DNA of 64,000 nucleotides from NCBI RefSeq assembly GCF_988243305.1, contig NZ_OZ547136.1; one strand, 5' to 3'. Shown piece by piece: positions 46,599 to 60,403 of this stretch (position 1 is its first letter; each line of letters starts with the position of its first letter). The notes under the pieces were generated by a model. It saw only the letters and a program-made list of their open reading frames with translations, ran no database searches and was not told where the DNA came from. The position numbers and the translations under genes were made by a program.

Positions 46599-47104
46599 GC
46601 TTTCCTGCAGGTCTGCACCGGTTTAACAAACAAAACTTAACAGAGTCTGAAGGAGTAGTATTCCGTGCAAATAACCGAAGCGTTACTTTCAGAGCCGAGA
46701 GATATCTGGCGTTTTGTTCAGCAGGCGGTGGACCACTGGCCGCGTCTGCTGGCAGTCCACTTCACGCGTCATTCGACCAGAGTAAATATTGATGATTACT
46801 AGATTCGTGTATTTTATCAGGCATTTTACTTGCGAATAAATCCCCTTGCTATCCAGCGAAACCACACAGGTAGCTATTACCATATGTGGTAATACACTAG
46901 TTACAGGAAAAATATGCAAGTTCCGCAATACGTTGTTTGTTGCTCCTTAGCCAGGATCTTTTCTTCCATGCGAGATATGACAACAATTTTGAGGAAGGAT
47001 GTTCGTAACTGGTTAGACTGGCCCCCTGAATCTCCAGACAACCAGTATCACTTATTTAAGTGATAGTCTTAATACTAGTTTTTAGACTAGTCATTGGAGA
47101 GCAG

Positions 47105-47470
47105 ATGATTGATGTCTTAGGACCGGAGAAACGCAGACGGCGTACCACACAGGAAAAGATCGCAATTGTTCAGCAGAGCTTTGAACCGGGGATGACGGTC
47201 TCCCTCGTTGCCCGGCAACATGGTGTAGCAGCCAGCCAGTTATTTCTCTGGCGTAAGCAATACCAGGAAGGAAGTCTTACTGCTGTCGCCGCCGGAGAAC
47301 AGGTTGTTCCTGCCTCTGAACTTGCTGCCGCCATGAAGCAGATTAAAGAACTCCAGCGCCTGCTCGGCAAGAAAACGATGGAAAATGAACTCCTCAAAGA
47401 AGCCGTTGAATATGGACGGGCAAAAAAGTGGATAGCGCACGCGCCCTTATTGCCCGGGGATGGGGAGTAA
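47105..47470 (+). CDS. insC: IS2 transposase InsC (OrfA)
   Basis: [24 protein letters not shown]... Confidence 0.85.
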
Positions 47471-48333
47471 GCTTAGTCAGCCGTTGTCTCCGGGTGTCGC
47501 GTGCGCAGTTGCACGTCATTCTCAGACGAACCGATGACTGGATGGATGGCCGCCGCAGTCGTCACACTGATGATACGGATGTGCTTCTCCGTATACACCA
47601 TGTTATCGGAGAGCTGCCCACGTATGGTTATCGTCGGGTATGGACGCTGCTTCGCAGACAGGCAGAACTTGATGGTATGCCTGCGATCAATGCCAAACGT
47701 GTTTACCGGATCATGCGCCAGAATGCGCTGTTGCTTGAGCGAAAACCTGCTGTACCGCCATCGAAACGGGCACATACCGGCAGAGTGGCTGTGAAAGAAA
47801 GTAATCAGCGATGGTGCTCTGACGGGTTCGAGTTCCGCTGTGATAACGGAGAAAAACTGCGAGTCACGTTCGCGCTGGACTGCTGTGACCGTGAGGCACT
47901 GCACTGGGCGGTCACTACGGGCGGCTTCAACAGTGAAACAGTACAGGACGTCATGCTGGGAGCGGTGGAACGCCGCTTCGGCAACGAGCTTCCGGCGTCT
48001 CCAGTAGAGTGGCTGACGGATAATGGTTCATGCTACCGGGCTAATGAAACACGGCAGTTTGCCCGGATGTTGGGGCTTGAACCGAAGAGCACGGCGGTGC
48101 GGAGTCCGGAGAGTAACGGAATAGCAGAGAGCTTTGTGAAAACGATAAAGCGTGACTACATCAGTGTCATGCCCAAACCAGACGGGTTAACGGCAGCAAA
48201 GAACCTTGCAGAGGCGTTCGAGCATTATAACGAATGGCATCCGCATAGTGCACTGGGTTATCGCTCGCCACGGGAATATCTACGGCAGCAAGCCAGTAAT
48301 GGGTTAAGTGATAACAGGCGTCTGGAAATATAG
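47428..48333 (+). CDS. insD: IS2 transposase InsD (OrfB)
   Basis: 301-aa DDE transposase overlapping insC. Confidence 0.85.
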
Positions 48334-49045
48334 GGGCAAATCCACTGGTAGAGTTACTACAACAAGCATGGGAGGCTCTGACTCTGACAGACATTGTACT
48401 GTGGAATGTTGTTACAGGTTGGGGCGGCAACCGTGCCAGGAGACCATGAGCCGTTCACGGCATTAAAGGCCACACTTCAGTCGTTTACATTCCCTATGGT
48501 GGCAGGCATCTTCCATTAAGGCGTCAGAGCGTTACCAACGTTATGTTGTCATGGCTCATCTTTCATAGTCGATGCTTATCTGGTGGCTGAAACTAGCCGC
48601 AGATAAAGAGTGTGAAGTTGATACCATGGAGTGGAGTGACGTGCAGGCAGGAGATTCGCTCTATGCAGGGTTGTGAGATAAATTCAAACCGGCTGGCAGC
48701 GCCAGTGATATTCGAAGATTCGTCCGGTTGTTACCCAGTATGCATTAAAAACCCAGACATTATGGACAATATAACGGCTTCTACAACAAGGAAGTGCCTG
48801 TTTACCATCCGGGTGTAATGACTCACCTTTGTGGGCTTTTGCCCGTCGCGCTCTTAACGTTGAAGACATTCTCTGCCTGCCGATTCAGGACTGCGACAAA
48901 AGCCATATCTGGCTACTGGTCAAGGATGACCAGCGTCTGGAGTAGGTGATAAGCCAAATAGATAAGCTGGAATATGTGGTGAAAGTGCAACGTAATCAGT
49001 CCAATCCGACGATGTTTAACAAGATTGTGGTGTTTTTTCAGTAAG

Positions 49046-49831
49046 TCATTCGTCTTCTGAATCAGGTGTAATGATCTTTACAGAACCATTCTGGCAGTGC
49101 GTAACATAATCTGCCGGTAACGGACGATCGCTAATCAGAACGTCAAATGCAGAGATCGGTGCGAGGCTGGCAGAGGCCACTTCATCGAACAACGCGTGGC
49201 GGGCGAGCAAAATTTTCCGTAGTCCACGGTTCATCGCTTTACGCTTAGTGGCAAGATCTTCAGGGTTAAACCAGCTGACGCCAAAGTGATTATGCACACC
49301 GCTGGCGGAAATAAATATTTTTCGCGGATTGAGAGAGTCTAATGGCGAAGAGTTACTGGCATCGTAAAAAGCATCACTTCTGGCACGATACGTACCACCA
49401 CAAAGTATTGCTGTTACATTAGGCTTTTCATTCAACGCAACAAAGACGCGATGTGAGTAACAGATACCGGTGAAGGTGATTGCATCCGGGATCATGCTTA
49501 TAACGAGTGGTATCTCCTGGCCATTATCAAAGAAGATCAGATCATTTTCATTAACCATTCCGGCAGCCAGAATTGCAATAGGTAAGTCATCACGATGATT
49601 TTTTGGAACGTCATGGATTACTGGCATGGATGGCGCGGGTTTATTCACCATTACAATATAGCCACCCAGTAGGGTCAGTGGCAGAGGTTCATCTTCCTGA
49701 TGGAGATCGCGACGAATAGTCATTACAGAAACTTCCAGCATTCGCGCTGCGTCTTTCAAATGGATTCTGTCGGTTTTCTTAAGCAGTTCCATCAAACGTC
49801 GGATACGCTCTTTTTGCTTCGTTTCCATCAA
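49046..49831 (-). CDS. deoQ: DeoR-family regulator, DeoQ-like
   Basis: 261-aa ORF with DeoR-type HTH, divergent from the kinase/permease operon. Confidence 0.65.
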   Translation of the reverse strand: MMETKQKERIRRLMELLKKTDRIHLKDAARMLEVSVMTIRRDLHQEDEPLPLTLLGGYIVMVNKPAPSMPVIHDVPKNHRDDLPIAILAAGMVNENDLIFFDNGQEIPLVISMIPDAITFTGICYSHRVFVALNEKPNVTAILCGGTYRARSDAFYDASNSSPLDSLNPRKIFISASGVHNHFGVSWFNPEDLATKRKAMNRGLRKILLARHALFDEVASASLAPISAFDVLISDRPLPADYVTHCQNGSVKIITPDSEDE

Positions 49832-50133
49832 CTCTCTCTCCGTAAGAATGTTATAAAAATAACATTTTGGCGTTAGTAAACATTGTTTTCATTACCATAC
49901 TATACGACCGCCCCTTTGAAATGAAAAGGGTATAGGCTGCTGAGTTTTGGGCACTAATCTTGTTAGGTTGCTTATGATTAGATAGTGTTGGCCTGAGTGA
50001 TGAGACTGGAAGTCTATTAAATAAACATCGGGTTGATGTGCTAATCGCGATCTCAGTCACAAATGATGCAAAAGTAACATGCTAATGTTATTTAAATACC
50101 ATTGTTATGCGAAAGTTTATAAGAGGTAGTGAA

Positions 50134-51054
50134 ATGGACATTGCAGTTATTGGTTCCAATATGGTGGATCTCATTACTTACACTAATCAGATGCCTAAAG
50201 AAGGAGAAACTCTGGAAGCACCTGCCTTCAAAATCGGATGTGGTGGGAAAGGTGCTAATCAAGCGGTGGCGGCGGCTAAATTGAATTCAAAAGTCCTGAT
50301 GCTGACTAAAGTAGGTGATGATATTTTTGCGGATAATACTATTCGTAATCTCGAATCATGGGGAATTAATACCACTTATGTTGAGAAGGTCCCCTGTACC
50401 AGCAGTGGTGTTGCACCGATCTTTGTTAATGCCAACTCGAGCAATAGTATATTAATAATTAAGGGAGCGAATAAATTTCTTTCCCCGGAAGATATCGATC
50501 GAGCTGCAGAAGATCTGAAAAAATGCAAATTGATCGTTTTACAACTGGAAGTTCAACTGGAAACAGTTTACCACGCGATTGAGTTTGGTAAGAAAAATGG
50601 TATTGAAGTGTTATTAAATCCGGCTCCGGCATTGCGTGAGTTAGATATGTCTTATGCCTGCAAATGTGATTTCTTTATTCCGAATGAAACAGAACTGGAA
50701 ATATTAACCGGTATGTCGGTTGATACTTATGATCATATTCGTTTGGCCGCACGTTCGTTAGTTGATAAAGGGCTGAACAATATTATTGTTACCATGAGCG
50801 AAAAAGGCGCATTATGGATGACCCGCGATCAGGAAGTCCATGTTCCTGCATTCAAAGTAAATGCTGTTGATACTAGTGGCGCTGGTGACGCATTTATTGG
50901 TTGCTTTTCCCATTATTATGTTCAAAGCGGTGATGTTGAAGCCGCTTTGAAAAAAGCCGCTCTCTTTGCCGCTTTCAGCGTCACAGGGAAAGGTACGCAA
51001 TCATCTTATCCGAGTATTGAACAATTTAATGAATTTTTAACCTTAAACGAATAA
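50134..51054 (+). CDS. deoK: Ribokinase/PfkB-family sugar kinase, DeoK-like deoxyribokinase
   Basis: PfkB signature (GAGDAF); start placed at MDIAVIGS within ORF 50107..51054. Confidence 0.7.
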   Translation: MDIAVIGSNMVDLITYTNQMPKEGETLEAPAFKIGCGGKGANQAVAAAKLNSKVLMLTKVGDDIFADNTIRNLESWGINTTYVEKVPCTSSGVAPIFVNANSSNSILIIKGANKFLSPEDIDRAAEDLKKCKLIVLQLEVQLETVYHAIEFGKKNGIEVLLNPAPALRELDMSYACKCDFFIPNETELEILTGMSVDTYDHIRLAARSLVDKGLNNIIVTMSEKGALWMTRDQEVHVPAFKVNAVDTSGAGDAFIGCFSHYYVQSGDVEAALKKAALFAAFSVTGKGTQSSYPSIEQFNEFLTLNE

Positions 51055-51081
51055 TCATCCTGCACAGTTAAAGGTAGCACT

Positions 51082-52398
51082 ATGAACGATAAAAACATCA
51101 TTCAGATGCCTGATGGGTATCTGAATAAGACTCCCTTGTTCCAGTTTATTTTGTTATCGTGTTTATTCCCGCTATGGGGATGCGCAGCTGCATTAAATGA
51201 CATATTAATCACTCAATTCAAAAGTGTATTTTCGCTAAGTAACTTTGCTTCAGCATTGGTGCAGAGCGCATTTTATGGAGGTTATTTTTTAATTGCAATA
51301 CCAGCATCCCTTGTGATTAAAAAGACCAGTTATAAGGTGGCAATTTTAATTGGCCTGACGCTGTATATTGGTGGTTGTACACTTTTTTTCCCTGCCTCGC
51401 ATATGGCAACCTACACTATGTTCCTTGCAGCTATTTTTGCGATTGCGATTGGCCTGAGTTTCCTTGAAACTGCAGCGAACACATACAGTTCAATGATCGG
51501 TCCAAAAGCCTATGCCACATTGCGGCTCAATATCAGCCAGACCTTTTATCCGATTGGTGCTGCGTCTGGTATTTTATTGGGCAAATATCTGGTTTTCTCC
51601 GAGGGGGAAAGCCTTGAGAAGCAGATGTCCGGAATGAACGCCGAGCAAATTCACAACTTTAAGGTGCTGATGTTAGAGAACACCCTTGAACCGTATAAGT
51701 ATATGATTATGATTCTGGTTGTGGTCATGGTGTTGTTCCTTTTAACCCGCTTCCCAACCTGTAAAGTGGCACAGACAAGTCACCATAAACGCCCGTCAGC
51801 AATGGATACGCTGCGCTATCTGGCTAAAAATTCGCGCTTTCGTCGTGGTATTGTGGCTCAATTCCTTTATGTGGGTATGCAGGTCGCAGTATGGTCATTT
51901 ACCATCCGTCTGGCACTGGAGTTGGGCGATATCAACGAACGTGATGCTTCAAACTTCATGGTCTACAGCTTTGCCTGCTTCTTTATTGGCAAGTTTATAG
52001 CCAACATCCTTATGACACGTTTTAATCCGGAAAAAGTCCTAATTCTCTATTCCGTTATAGGGGCGCTGTTTCTGGCATATGTTGCACTGGCTCCAAGTTT
52101 CAGCGCGGTCTATGTCGCCGTCCTGGTAAGTGTTTTGTTTGGCCCTTGCTGGGCGACGATCTATGCAGGAACACTGGATACAGTTGATAACGAACATACA
52201 GAAATGGCAGGAGCAGTCATTGTTATGGCTATTGTTGGCGCAGCGGTGGTTCCGGCAATTCAGGGGTATATTGCAGATATGTTCCACTCACTACAGCTTT
52301 CATTCCTGGTTTCTATGCTCTGTTTTGTCTATGTCGGTGTCTACTTCTGGCGTGAAAGCAAAGTACGTAATGCACTGGCTGAAGTCACAGAGTCCTGA
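51082..52398 (+). CDS. deoP: MFS permease, fucose-permease-like, DeoP-like
   Basis: 438-aa polytopic ORF immediately downstream of the kinase. Confidence 0.7.
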   Translation: MNDKNIIQMPDGYLNKTPLFQFILLSCLFPLWGCAAALNDILITQFKSVFSLSNFASALVQSAFYGGYFLIAIPASLVIKKTSYKVAILIGLTLYIGGCTLFFPASHMATYTMFLAAIFAIAIGLSFLETAANTYSSMIGPKAYATLRLNISQTFYPIGAASGILLGKYLVFSEGESLEKQMSGMNAEQIHNFKVLMLENTLEPYKYMIMILVVVMVLFLLTRFPTCKVAQTSHHKRPSAMDTLRYLAKNSRFRRGIVAQFLYVGMQVAVWSFTIRLALELGDINERDASNFMVYSFACFFIGKFIANILMTRFNPEKVLILYSVIGALFLAYVALAPSFSAVYVAVLVSVLFGPCWATIYAGTLDTVDNEHTEMAGAVIVMAIVGAAVVPAIQGYIADMFHSLQLSFLVSMLCFVYVGVYFWRESKVRNALAEVTES

Positions 52399-52409
52399 GG
52401 AGAATCGTT

Positions 52410-53423
52410 ATGAGTACGCGTATTTATTTGTGGCGGGCGCTTTTTGGCGAAAAACCTCGTATCTTGCTGGAAAATAGTGATTTTACTGTCACGTCTTTTC
52501 GCTATGACAGTGGTGTCGAGGGGCTTAAAATTGCAAACAGTCGTGGACATTTAATTATTCTTCCCTGGATGGGGCAGATGATTTGGGATGCGCAATTTGA
52601 TGGACACAGTCTCACCATGTGCAATATGTTTCGCCAGCCTAAACCGGCGACAGAGGTGATAGAGACCTATGGCTGTTTTGCCTTTCATTCAGGTTTGCTG
52701 GCTAATGGCTGCCCATCTGCGGAAGATACTCATCTGCTACACGGTGAAATGGCCTGTGCCGCGATGGATGAAGCATGGATGGAATTAGAGGGAGATATGT
52801 TACGCCTTACCGGGCGTTACGAGTATGTAATGGGGTTCGGGCATCATTATCTGGCTCAGCCAACAGTGGTCCTTCACAAATCCTCTACACTGTTCGATAT
52901 TAAGATGGCCGTAACCAATCTGGCTTCTGTAGATATGCCACTACAATATATGTGCCACATGAATTATGCATATATACCAAATGCTACGTTCAGCCAGAAT
53001 ATACCGGACGAAATATTAAGGTTGCGTGAATCAGTACCTTCGCATGTTAATCCCACCCCTCAGTGGCTGGCGTTTAATCAACGGATTATGCAGGGGGAAT
53101 CCTCTCTGTCGACGCTGAATCAACCGGAATTTTATGATCCAGAAATTGTCTTCTTTGCAGATAAACTGGACGCTTACACAGATCAGCCAGAGTTTCGCAT
53201 GATCGCTCCCGATGGCACTACGTTTGTTACTCGTTTCTCCAGTGCTGAACTAAATTATGTGACACGCTGGATCCTTTATAACGGCGAGCAACAGGTAGCC
53301 GCCTTTGCATTACCAGCAACCTGTCGACCTGAGGGGTATCTTGCCGCGCAACGTAATGGCACGCTGATTCAGGTTGCACCGCAGCAAACGCGCACTTTTA
53401 CAGTCACCACAGGTATTGAATAA
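52410..53423 (+). CDS. deoX: Third gene of the deoxyribose operon (DeoX-like, function uncertain)
   Basis: 337-aa ORF immediately downstream of the permease. Confidence 0.55.
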   Translation: MSTRIYLWRALFGEKPRILLENSDFTVTSFRYDSGVEGLKIANSRGHLIILPWMGQMIWDAQFDGHSLTMCNMFRQPKPATEVIETYGCFAFHSGLLANGCPSAEDTHLLHGEMACAAMDEAWMELEGDMLRLTGRYEYVMGFGHHYLAQPTVVLHKSSTLFDIKMAVTNLASVDMPLQYMCHMNYAYIPNATFSQNIPDEILRLRESVPSHVNPTPQWLAFNQRIMQGESSLSTLNQPEFYDPEIVFFADKLDAYTDQPEFRMIAPDGTTFVTRFSSAELNYVTRWILYNGEQQVAAFALPATCRPEGYLAAQRNGTLIQVAPQQTRTFTVTTGIE

Positions 53424-54194
53424 CCACATTTACGCGCTTATCGCTAAGGTAAGCGCCATTCTGCCTGCAGAAATCTACCTGCCGAAGTGATGCTTCAGTG
53501 GTAAGCGGCTCACCAAAACCGTATTGATATTTACTGAGAGGCCAGCTCAACTATTTAGAGCAACAGATCGTGTACCCGGTTTGCCGGCCAGTCCTAGATA
53601 TGCTCAATGACATAACGCATCCATTTTTCTGGCTCCACATCGTTCAGACGGCATGTGCACAATACCAAAACGGCAAGCGTTTGAGGCGAAGCACATATAT
53701 ACAGGACAGCTTTATCGTCATTGCATTACCGAAACGGCTTTCATCGCTGCAAGGTTTTTCTTTGCCGGAATGTATCCGGTCAGCTTATACCCTGCTGATA
53801 ACCTGCGCCCTTAAACATGCGGGCTGCAGCCTGTTGAGCCTGCCTGAAATGAGCTAGGATTAGGTGAAACACCTATCCATCTTGGTGTACTGTACATATG
53901 AAGCATGTGCCTTGATGCAGCTTGTAGCGATTTGTATGCAACCGATGACATTAATCCGTAAGACATGGGAAAAGATAGCAACTGAGATCCTAAGTTTGAA
54001 TGTTATCACGCCTGCGTTTGAGAAACTTCGTTGGAAAAGTAACCTCGGTAAACCCCCGTGCCCTGAGCTCATTCCGGAGATGCTGTCATAGTGACCGTCT
54101 TGCTATTGGTGGGAATTGGAGACTGAATGTTTTGACAAGACAGTCCGGGAAATTCTGGGTGTAATCATATAAGGCAGGTGATATTGCGTTCTCC

Positions 54195-56432
<2,238 letters not shown>

Positions 56433-57027
56433 TCATCCCCCAAAGAAACGTCACGATATTTGGTATTTTCAAAATTCAAAAAGAAAACCCGCAGAGTGGC
56501 AACAGAGATTAAAAAGTTTGAGAAACGCGATCTGGCACAGGCGGTGATTGGTGTTGGAGTGATGGTAGATTTTATCAGCCGGATAATGTCGGTTCTGGCT
56601 GATAGCTGGGGTTGTTGGTGTGGTCTTCCTATTGATGAAAAAACAAGCAATTACTTGGCATATTATCTGTAACACTTTAAAACCGTTAAGAAGATCACAA
56701 TTCATTATGTTTATTATTGTCTGGCCGGAGGGATATTTGTTAAAAAGTGCGCTGTGTGGTGAATCCCCCTGTGCGGTGGGGCGACTGGTGTACATAGCAT
56801 TTATTATGTTATGAGCGAAGCCTACGCGGGTTCAGTGACACCGACTGAATTCACCGGGAGGCACCCGGCACCATGCAACAGACGCAAGTTAGGCTAAGCC
56901 TTATACCCCTGTAAGTTTTTTACAGGGGTTTTTTGTGCACAGAAAACCCCCAGCTAGGCTGTAATGCCGATCAGTTAAGGATCAGTTGACCGATCCAGTG
57001 GCTGTGTAAGAATCCGGAAACGCTCAC

Positions 57028-58132
57028 TTGTTTCCGGATTTTTTTATGCACATTGGACAGGCTCTTGATCTGGTATCCCGTTACGATTCTCTGCGTAACC
57101 CACTGACTTCTCTGGGGGATTACCTCGACCCCGAACTCATCTCTCGTTGCCTTGCCGAATCAGGTACTGTAACGCTACGCAAGCGCCGTCTTCCCCTCGA
57201 AATGATGGTCTGGTGTATTGTTGGCATGGCGCTTGAGCGTAAAGAACCTCTTCACCAGATTGTGAATCGCCTGGACATCATGCTGCCGGGCAATCGCCCC
57301 TTCGTTGCCCCCAGTGCCGTTATTCAGGCCCGCCAGCGCCTGGGAAGTGAGGCTGTCCGCCGCGTGTTCACGAAAACAGCGCAGCTCTGGCATAACGCCA
57401 CGCCGCATCCGCACTGGTGCGGCCTGACCCTGCTGGCCATCGATGGTGTGTTCTGGCGCACACCGGATACACCAGAGAACGATGCAGCCTTCCCCCGCCA
57501 GACACATGCCGGGAACCCGGCGCTCTACCCGCAGGTCAAAATGGTCTGCCAGATGGAACTGACCAGCCATCTGCTGACGGCTGCAGCCTTCGGCACGATG
57601 AAGAACAGCGAAAATGAGCTTGCTGAGCAACTTATAGAACAAACCGGCGATAACACTCTGACGTTAATGGATAAAGGTTATTACTCACTGGGACTGTTAA
57701 ATGCCTGGAGCCTGGCGGGAGAACACCGCCACTGGATGATACCTCTCAGAAAGGGAGCGCAATATGAAGAGATCAGAAAACTGGGTAAAGGCGATCATCT
57801 GGTGAAGCTGAAAACCAGCCCGCAGGCACGAAAAAAGTGGCCGGGACTGGGAAATGAAGTGACAGCCCGCCTGCTGACCGTGACGCGCAAAGGAAAAGTC
57901 TGCCATCTGCTGACGTCGATGACGGACGCCATGCGCTTCCCCGGAGGAGAAATGGCGGATCTGTACAGTCATCGCTGGGAAATCGAACTGGGATACAGGG
58001 AGATAAAACAGACGATGCAACTGAGCAGGCTGACGCTGAGAAGTAAAAAACCGGAGCTTGTGGAGCAAGAGCTGTGGGGTGTCTTACTGGCTTATAATCT
58101 GGTGAGATATCAGATGATTAAAATGGCGGAAC
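57028..58132 (+). pseudogene. IS4 transposase truncated by IS629 insertion
   Basis: ORF 57028..58161 runs into the inserted element at 58133. Confidence 0.8.
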
Positions 58133-58186
58133 TGAACCGCCCCGGGAATCCTGGAGACTAAACTTCCTGAGAAAGAGGTAAACAGG

Positions 58187-58513
58187 ATGACTAAAAATAC
58201 TCGTTTTTCCCCCGAAGTCCGTCAACGGGCAGTCCGTATGGTTCTGGAAAGTCAGAGCGAATATGACTCACAATGGGCGACAATTTGTTCCATTGCTCCA
58301 AAGATTGGCTGTACGCCGGAGACTCTGCGTGTCTGGGTTCGCCAGCATGAGCGGGATACCGGGGGCGGTGATGGAGGGCTCACCACCGCTGAACGTCAGC
58401 GTCTGAAAGAGCTGGAACGTGAAAATCGTGAACTGCGCCGCAGTAACGATATCCTTCGCCAGGCTTCCGCTTATTTTGCGAAGGCGGAGTTCGACCGCCT
58501 CTGGAAAAAATGA
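58187..58513 (+). CDS. IS3-family transposase OrfA (copy 2)
   Basis: Protein identical to 38219..38545. Confidence 0.85.
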   Translation: MTKNTRFSPEVRQRAVRMVLESQSEYDSQWATICSIAPKIGCTPETLRVWVRQHERDTGGGDGGLTTAERQRLKELERENRELRRSNDILRQASAYFAKAEFDRLWKK

Positions 58514-59400
58514 TGCCACTGCTGGATAAGCTGCGTGAGCAGTACGGGGTCGGACCGCTATGCAGCGAACTGCATATTGCCCCGTCAACGTATTACCACT
58601 GTCAGCAACAGCGACATCATCCGGATAAACGCAGTGCCCGTGCGCAGCGCGATGACTGGCTGAAGAAAGAGATACAGCGCGTATACGATGAAAATCACAA
58701 GGTATACGGTGTGCGTAAAGTCTGGCGTCAGTTGTTACGGGAAGGTATCAGAGTGGCCAGATGCACTGTGGCACGTCTCATGGCGGTTATGGGACTTGCC
58801 GGTGTTCTCCGGGGTAAAAAGGTCCGTACGACCATCAGCCGGAAAGCCGTTGCCGCAGGCGACCGCGTAAACCGTCAGTTCGTGGCAGAACGACCTGACC
58901 AGCTGTGGGTGGCTGATTTTACTTACGTCAGCACATGGCGGGGCTTCGTCTATGTGGCGTTCATCATTGATGTGTTTGCCGGATACATCGTGGGGTGGCG
59001 GGTCTCATCGTCCATGGAAACGACATTCGTGCTGGATGCACTGGAGCAGGCGTTATGGGCCCGTCGACCGTCCGGCACGGTCCATCACAGTGATAAAGGT
59101 TCTCAGTATGTATCGCTGGCCTACACACAGCGGCTTAAGGAAGCCGGATTACTGGCATCAACAGGAAGTACAGGCGACTCGTATGACAACGCGATGGCGG
59201 AGAGCATCAATGGTCTTTACAAAGCGGAGGTAATACACCGTAAGAGCTGGAAAAACCGTGCAGAAGTGGAACTGGCCACACTCACGTGGGTGGACTGGTA
59301 TAACAATCGACGATTGCTGGAAAGGCTGGGCCATACTCCTCCGGCAGAAGCAGAAAAAGCTTATTATGCTTCCATCGGAAACGATGATCTGGCAGCCTGA
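58510..59400 (+). CDS. IS3-family transposase OrfB (copy 2)
   Basis: Protein identical to 38542..39432. Confidence 0.85.
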   Translation: MMPLLDKLREQYGVGPLCSELHIAPSTYYHCQQQRHHPDKRSARAQRDDWLKKEIQRVYDENHKVYGVRKVWRQLLREGIRVARCTVARLMAVMGLAGVLRGKKVRTTISRKAVAAGDRVNRQFVAERPDQLWVADFTYVSTWRGFVYVAFIIDVFAGYIVGWRVSSSMETTFVLDALEQALWARRPSGTVHHSDKGSQYVSLAYTQRLKEAGLLASTGSTGDSYDNAMAESINGLYKAEVIHRKSWKNRAEVELATLTWVDWYNNRRLLERLGHTPPAEAEKAYYASIGNDDLAA

Positions 59401-59827
59401 GTTCACAGATAAAACACTCTCCAGGAAACCCGGGGCGGTTCAGAACATCTGAAAGGTTACTGGCCGAATCAACTGAGTTTCTCAGAATCATGTGGAATGG
59501 TGATGAGAATGCTGATGACATTGCAGGGCGCTTCACCGGGACGTATACCGGAGCTGATGCGCGATCTTGCAAGTATGGGACAACTTGTGAAATTACCGAC
59601 AAGAAGGGAAAGGGCCTTCCCGAGAGTGGTAAAGGAGAGGCCCTGGAAATACCCCACAGCCCCGAAAAAGAGCCAGTCAGTTGCTTAACTGACTGGCATT
59701 ACAGCTAGGCTGGGGGTTCCGGAAAGCTTTCAGCTTTGAGCCAGTTATTAAAACCCCTTTTGATTTGTTAAAACACCTTGCGGTCTGGCAACTGCAAGAG
59801 TCAAACAAGAAATCAAAAGGGGTTCAA

Positions 59828-60286
59828 ATGGGGAACGAAAAGAGCTTAGCGCACACCCGATGGAACTGTAAATATCACATAGTTTTTGCGCCAAAATACC
59901 GAAGACAGGTGTTCTACAGAGAGAAGCGTAGAGCAACAGGCAGTATTTTGAGAAAGCTGTGTGAGTGGAAAAGTGTACGGATTCTGGAAGCTGAATGCTG
60001 TGCAGATCATATCCATATGCTTGTGGAGATCCCGCCCAAAATGAGCGTATCCGGCTTTATGGGATATCTGAAAGGGAAAAGCAGTCTGATGCTTTACGAG
60101 CAGTTTGGTGATTTGAAATTCAAATACAGGAACAGGGAGTTCTGGTGCAGGGGGGACTACGTCGATACAGTGGGTAAGAACACGGCGAAGATACAGGATT
60201 ACATAAAGCACCAGCTTGAAGAGGATAAAATGGGAGAGCAGTTATCGATTCCCTGTCCGGGCAGCCCGTTTACGGACCGTAAGTAA
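59828..60286 (+). CDS. tnpA: IS200-family transposase TnpA (HUH/Y1)
   Basis: 152-aa ORF (MGNEKSLAHTRWNCKYHIVFAPKYRR ...); the IS200 left-end palindrome cccccagctaggctggggg is split by the IS4 insertion. Confidence 0.8.
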   Translation: MGNEKSLAHTRWNCKYHIVFAPKYRRQVFYREKRRATGSILRKLCEWKSVRILEAECCADHIHMLVEIPPKMSVSGFMGYLKGKSSLMLYEQFGDLKFKYRNREFWCRGDYVDTVGKNTAKIQDYIKHQLEEDKMGEQLSIPCPGSPFTDRK

Positions 60287-60403
60287 CGAAGTTGGATGCA
60301 AATGTCAGATCGTGTGCGCCTGTTAGGGCGCGGCTGGTAAGAGAGCCTTATAGGCGCATTTGAAAAACCTCCGGCTATGCCGGAGGATATTTATTGCACG
60401 TCG

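Larger units (their letters stand above)
47014..48344 (+). mobile_element. IS2 (1331 bp) with 5-bp target site duplication ctggt
   Basis: Left end tagactggccccctgaatctccagacaacc; right end ...ggggcaaatcca; ctggt present on both flanks. Confidence 0.9.
58133..59442 (+). mobile_element. IS629/IS1203-type IS3-family element, copy 2 (1310 bp), 4-bp duplication gaac
   Basis: Same ends and identical ORF products as copy 1; gaac on both flanks. Confidence 0.9.
56962..59701 (+). mobile_element. IS4 carrying a nested IS629-type insertion; 11-bp target duplication cagctaggctg
   Basis: Terminal repeats taatgccgatcagttaagg ... cttaactgactggcatta; after removing the 1310-bp insert and its 4-bp duplication the length is 1426 bp. 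Confidence 0.8.
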
